Shown here: in pieces, positions 60,163 to 64,000 of the stretch
How positions within the stretch are numbered: the stretch's first letter is position 1
Layout: each line of letters begins with the position of its first letter
Virus record (IMG/VR): IMGVR_UViG_3300037067_003053
Coordinates: 57,381 to 121,380 of that record
Length of the DNA stretch: 64,000 bases
From: a virus
Lineage: Duplodnaviria > Caudoviricetes
Strand: one strand, 5' to 3'
Program-made: the position numbers and the translations under genes
The notes under the pieces: model-generated
What the model was told of the DNA's origin: nothing
The model's input: only the letters and a program-made list of their open reading frames with translations
The model's database searches: none

Positions 60163-60627
60163 ATGTCTACATCGTCTAATGTTGTTATTAAAGAATATGA
60201 TGAAAGATGCGTTGTTAAATTACCAGTAGCCTCTGCAACAGTATTGGCCGCGGGTGATTTGATTGTTGCCACTGCGGATACTGCTACTACGTTAAAAGCG
60301 GCCGCCCTTTCTGCATCGTCTTTATATAATACTTTTGTAGGTGTTGCACTCGAAGGTTCTGAGAGTGGACAAGTGGAATATATCAGCGTTGCAACTCGTG
60401 CGAGAATTGCAATTAAGGTTGTTTCTACGAGTGCTGCGGCGCTTGTTGGAGATGCATTTTATTATAGTGCAGGTGCAAACGGTACAGATTGGCAAGTAAC
60501 CAAATGTACTTCCGGCGTTAGTGGAATTACGTGGGCTCTTGAGGCGGTTGCCGCAGGAAGTTCTGGTGAATTTCTAATTGATACTCATGTTATGAAATCG
60601 GGCTTTGAGTTCGATAAAATTACTTAA
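60163..60627 (+). CDS. Capsid decoration/cement protein 1
   Basis: Between scaffold and MCP; GDLI, FVGVALE. Confidence 0.75.
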   Translation: MSTSSNVVIKEYDERCVVKLPVASATVLAAGDLIVATADTATTLKAAALSASSLYNTFVGVALEGSESGQVEYISVATRARIAIKVVSTSAAALVGDAFYYSAGANGTDWQVTKCTSGVSGITWALEAVAAGSSGEFLIDTHVMKSGFEFDKIT

Positions 60628-60648
60628 TTAATTTGGAGGTGGATATAA

Positions 60649-61110
60649 ATGTCAAGTACATATTCTAATGTTGTTATAAGAGATTATGACCCGATTAGCG
60701 TAATCAAACTTCCCGTTGTTTCTGCGACTGTTATTGCAAAAGGGGATTTAATTGATGCGAGTGCAGATACTGCTACAACTCTTGTTGCGGCTTGTCATGC
60801 GGGTGATAATTCGTTGTTTTTTGGTGTTGCTTTGGAAGGTTCTGAAAGCGGAGAAGTTAAAGATATTTCTATTGCAACTATTGCAAAAGTTAATATTAAA
60901 GTTGTTTCTGGAAGTACAGATGCTCTTCCGGGAGATGCTTTTAAATATAGTGCCGGTGCTAATGGTACTGCGTGGCAGGTTACAAAAGCCACATCAGAGG
61001 GCATCATGTGGGCACTTGAACCGGTTTTGGATACTGCGGAAGGTGTTTTCCTTATTAATTCCCATGCTCTTGCTGGTGGATTTATATGGGATACTTGTAC
61101 CGAAGGTTAA
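60649..61110 (+). CDS. Capsid decoration/cement protein 2 (tandem paralogue)
   Basis: Shares KLPV.SATV...GDLI.A.ADTATTL and YSAGANGT.WQVTK with protein 1. Confidence 0.75.
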   Translation: MSSTYSNVVIRDYDPISVIKLPVVSATVIAKGDLIDASADTATTLVAACHAGDNSLFFGVALEGSESGEVKDISIATIAKVNIKVVSGSTDALPGDAFKYSAGANGTAWQVTKATSEGIMWALEPVLDTAEGVFLINSHALAGGFIWDTCTEG

Positions 61111-61139
61111 TTAATTCTATAATTTGGAGGTTAATATAA

Positions 61140-62324
61140 ATGTTTAATAAAACACAAGATATCGTTAAGTTGATTGAAAGCCATGTTAAAGAAAGTGGCA
61201 ATAAAGAAAAAGGTTATGAAGCCGTTGGTGTGCAACTGCTTGAAAATCTAAAATCTGAAAAAATCAGAAAAAGTGAAATTTCCATTCGTGCTTTGTTTGA
61301 AGCGTGTCTTCAAGAAGCTCATCCCGATAGAGAACTTTCTCTGTCTACTGAAACACATAAATTGGCAGAAGCCGTTGGTAGTTCCAGTTTTCCTAATATT
61401 ACGAAATATATCGTTAGTTCAGAAGCTATTCCTAAATTTGAATATAATATGGATAGAATTGCACCGTTGTTTACTGATATGGCGGCAACACGAACTGATG
61501 TTGAGAGAATTCCCGGTTTTACGGCCAACGAAGGCGTAGAATATGTCCCAGAGCAGTACCCTGTTCAGGAAACGGATTTTCATGAAAAATATGCAGAGGT
61601 TAAACTCTCTAAATTTCAACGTTCAATTTCTTTGACCAAAGAAGCCATTTTTAATGACAATACAGGTCAGATTATTGACCGTGCTGCATCTCTTGGTGAA
61701 GTTGCCGGCGAACAAATGGAAAAATTCTTAATTCAAACGATTGAGGTTCTTCCGAGAACGTTGCTTCCTTATGAAACAACGACTAATTTGGAATGTGCAA
61801 AATTTGACGGTACTACTGTTACGCGTACCAATTTTTACAGCACCGACCATAGTTCATTGGCTTATATGGGTTCGCAAACAAATGCTAATACGGCATCTTC
61901 TTGCGCTCTTGGTATTGATGGTATTGATACTGCTTATAAACTGTTTCCGAGTATGAAAAATGAACGCGGAGAATATATTGGTGTTAAACCCAAAACTCTT
62001 TTAATTCATCCTAATAATGCAGTTATGGCATATCAGTTGTTACAATCAATGTTTCAACCGGATACGCCTAATAATGCAAAGAATTTCTGGACTGGTCAAT
62101 TTGATGTTGTTGCATCTAATTATATTGCCACTTCTACTGATTGGTATATGGGCGATTTTAAGAAAGAACTTGTTCTTTTGTATTGGGAACGCCCGAATGT
62201 TATTTCTCAGTCTGGCAATTTTGAAGCATCTTTTACCAGTGACATCTTAATGAGATGGAAATTTGGTTTTGGTGCCGGTGCTGGTCATAGAGATTATCGT
62301 TATATTGCTCGTTTGACTGCGTAA
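61140..62324 (+). CDS. Major capsid protein (Mu gpT-like HK97 fold)
   Basis: EA...S.FP, KF.R.I.LT.EAI.ND.TG.I, G..IG..PK.LL, WY.GDF, G.RDYR. Confidence 0.92.
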   Translation: MFNKTQDIVKLIESHVKESGNKEKGYEAVGVQLLENLKSEKIRKSEISIRALFEACLQEAHPDRELSLSTETHKLAEAVGSSSFPNITKYIVSSEAIPKFEYNMDRIAPLFTDMAATRTDVERIPGFTANEGVEYVPEQYPVQETDFHEKYAEVKLSKFQRSISLTKEAIFNDNTGQIIDRAASLGEVAGEQMEKFLIQTIEVLPRTLLPYETTTNLECAKFDGTTVTRTNFYSTDHSSLAYMGSQTNANTASSCALGIDGIDTAYKLFPSMKNERGEYIGVKPKTLLIHPNNAVMAYQLLQSMFQPDTPNNAKNFWTGQFDVVASNYIATSTDWYMGDFKKELVLLYWERPNVISQSGNFEASFTSDILMRWKFGFGAGAGHRDYRYIARLTA

Positions 62325-62338
62325 TTTAAGTTACTAAT

Positions 62339-62366
62339 GGGGAGGAGGGGGATTCTACTCCTCCCC
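62339..62366 (+). terminator. Stem-loop after the MCP gene (no U tract on +)
   Basis: GGGGAGGAG...CTCCTCCCC. Confidence 0.55.
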
Positions 62367-62391
62367 TAAAATAAAATAAAGGAGAAAAAAA

Positions 62392-62859
62392 ATGGGTGCA
62401 AATTCTCATACAACTACTTGGATTAAGAGGTTGTTTCTTGGTGATAAAGGTTCCAGTGCCGTCGAAACTTTAACCGATGGTGATATGGAAATTCAAAATG
62501 ATTTATATGTTAAAGGTATTCTTGATGTTAATGGTGCTACTGATTTTGCAAGTACAGTAGCAGTAACAGGTGTTTTAACAGCCACAGGCGGAATTAGTGT
62601 TGCGAAACCATTGGTTGTTGCATCTACTTTATTTGGTAGAAATGTATTTAATGGCACATCAACGTCAGACGAAGTTACTTTATCCGGCGTTCTTTCTGGA
62701 GATACAATTCTTGCATTTCCATATGGTAGTTCTGTTAATGAATCCGGTGATACATTATCATGCGCCGCGAGTTCTACTGGTGGAGCATTTACTGTTTATA
62801 GAGATTCTGGCGGAACATCTGGTTTGACTTATGCGTATTTAGTTTTACGCGCTGCATAA
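62392..62859 (+). CDS. Virion structural protein (head fibre/decoration-like)
   Basis: Gly/Thr/Ser-rich, in the head module, AAGGAG RBS. Confidence 0.6.
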   Translation: MGANSHTTTWIKRLFLGDKGSSAVETLTDGDMEIQNDLYVKGILDVNGATDFASTVAVTGVLTATGGISVAKPLVVASTLFGRNVFNGTSTSDEVTLSGVLSGDTILAFPYGSSVNESGDTLSCAASSTGGAFTVYRDSGGTSGLTYAYLVLRAA

Positions 62860-62870
62860 CTAAAAAATAA

Positions 62871-62895
62871 TAAAGGGGCGGTAATCGCCCCTTTA
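62871..62895 (+). terminator. Rho-independent terminator
   Basis: TAAAGGGGCG-GTAAT-CGCCCCTTTA. Confidence 0.75.
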
Positions 62896-62916
62896 TCTTC
62901 ACAATAGGAGATTGAA

Positions 62917-64000
62917 ATGCCACACGTGGTCAAAGTTTACGATGAAGTAAATGCTAAAACTGCTCATATTCTTAGTGGTGTGACTTATACTTTTGATGCA
63001 ATGGTTGAAGGTTCTGCTTATACTGGAAACCTTCAAACGGTTCCAATTTTAAATTCCACTAAAAAAGATATTGGTTGGTTTGATTCAAGTGCTTGTACGT
63101 TTACAGGAGATGTGTTTGTAACAGAAAAGGAAGAAGAACTTAATGTTTTAAGCAATGGTGATTATTATCTTGATTATAAAAACGGTTATTATAAGGTAAT
63201 TGCCGCCACATCTGCTACACCAACTATTTCATATACTACATATATGATAGCAATTGCTTCTGTTGTGGATGTAGAATTAGGTTCCGTGGAATTGAAAAAT
63301 GGCACGGATGATACAAGAGCCACAATCAATGCTGCAAATACAGCAAGAACAACAGGAACAACCACGTTGGTGGTTCAAAATATAGATGCTACTGGTAAAG
63401 TTTCTCCTGCTGGGGATGCTGTTGGCAATGCTCCTTTTGTAAAATTAGGTGATGGTACTGATACTTTAAATATATTAGTAGATAATGCTGCTTTTTCTAC
63501 AGGCTCGACCGGAATTGGCATATTTGGTAAATATGAAGCAACCGCAACTACGTATAATGATGGTGATGCCGTACCGATTAAATTAGATGAGAATGGTAGA
63601 GTTGTTCTTAGTTCAGATATAGAAATTGGCGGCGTTGAATTGAAAAATGGCACGGATGATACAAGAGCCACAATCAATGCTGCAAATACGGCAAGAAGTA
63701 CGGGAACTACTACATTAGCAGTTCAAACAATTGATGCTGCTGGTAAGGTAATGTCTTCAAATGGATTTAGAATAATAGCAGAAAGTTCATTAACGGTTAC
63801 TACTGCCGGAACTCCTGTTGCTTGTCCTACCAATGCAAGTGCTAAAGCAGTTAGAGTTATAAATAATAATGTAGATGGAACAATTATAGCAGTTGGATTG
63901 AGTGCGACAGTAGATGCCATTTCTTCTCCGCCTATTGGTGTTGTTTTGACATCTTACAGTTCTGTCGTTATGTATGTCGTTGTAAATAGTAATGTACTCG
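62917..64000 (+). CDS. Virion structural protein with internal repeat (partial)
   Basis: Not in the ORF track; ATG 62917 after AGGAG, open to the window end; VELKNGTDDTRATINAANTAR occurs twice. Confidence 0.8.
   Translation, partial: MPHVVKVYDEVNAKTAHILSGVTYTFDAMVEGSAYTGNLQTVPILNSTKKDIGWFDSSACTFTGDVFVTEKEEELNVLSNGDYYLDYKNGYYKVIAATSATPTISYTTYMIAIASVVDVELGSVELKNGTDDTRATINAANTARTTGTTTLVVQNIDATGKVSPAGDAVGNAPFVKLGDGTDTLNILVDNAAFSTGSTGIGIFGKYEATATTYNDGDAVPIKLDENGRVVLSSDIEIGGVELKNGTDDTRATINAANTARSTGTTTLAVQTIDAAGKVMSSNGFRIIAESSLTVTTAGTPVACPTNASAKAVRVINNNVDGTIIAVGLSATVDAISSPPIGVVLTSYSSVVMYVVVNSNVL

Noticed and set aside
1-64000. Genome-wide stop-codon reassignment
   Set aside because: Long genes are intact under code 11 and end in TAA, TAG or TGA at sensible positions. 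Only one internal TAA was found, and there is no clear suppressor tRNA.

Overview
A 64-kb segment of a large, very AT-rich tailed bacteriophage (Caudoviricetes) using genetic code 11 and sigma70-type promoters. Two arms diverge around a repeat-rich non-coding switch at about 46.3-47.0 kb. The minus-strand arm (1-46,037) carries replication genes: a DnaQ-like exonuclease, DnaN clamp, DnaX clamp loader, DnaB, an SF2 helicase and a DnaC-like protein. It also carries RNA-repair-type enzymes, a radical SAM enzyme, an expanded phiEco32-like peptide/amido-ligase cluster (three COOH-NH2 ligases, one ATP-grasp, class I and class II glutamine amidotransferases), tRNAs and many small hypothetical ORFs, most not listed individually. 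The plus-strand arm (47,013-end) carries tRNAs, a DNA methyltransferase, an ARPP-1/DUF6569 protein and the head module: TerS, a split intein-containing TerL, portal, ChaB-protease-scaffold, two decoration proteins and the MCP. Most notable observations: (1) eight small genes from about six unrelated families share a C-terminal tag (consensus INEELKKLQDIEEME-COOH), and two of them directly abut the ATP-grasp and a COOH-NH2 ligase gene, suggesting a phage-encoded C-terminal-glutamate (Pup/LysW-like) conjugation or docking system; (2) three mosaic paralogues carry a 12-nt VNTR that varies almost only at non-synonymous positions; (3) a geometrically canonical integron attC site lies inside a phage with no integrase in view; (4) four tRNA-like RNAs have expanded anticodon arms, and there is a rare tRNA-Ile(UAU); (5) TerL is naturally split, and several genes appear to start at ATT/ATA. 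All annotations come from motif recognition by eye; no database searches were run.
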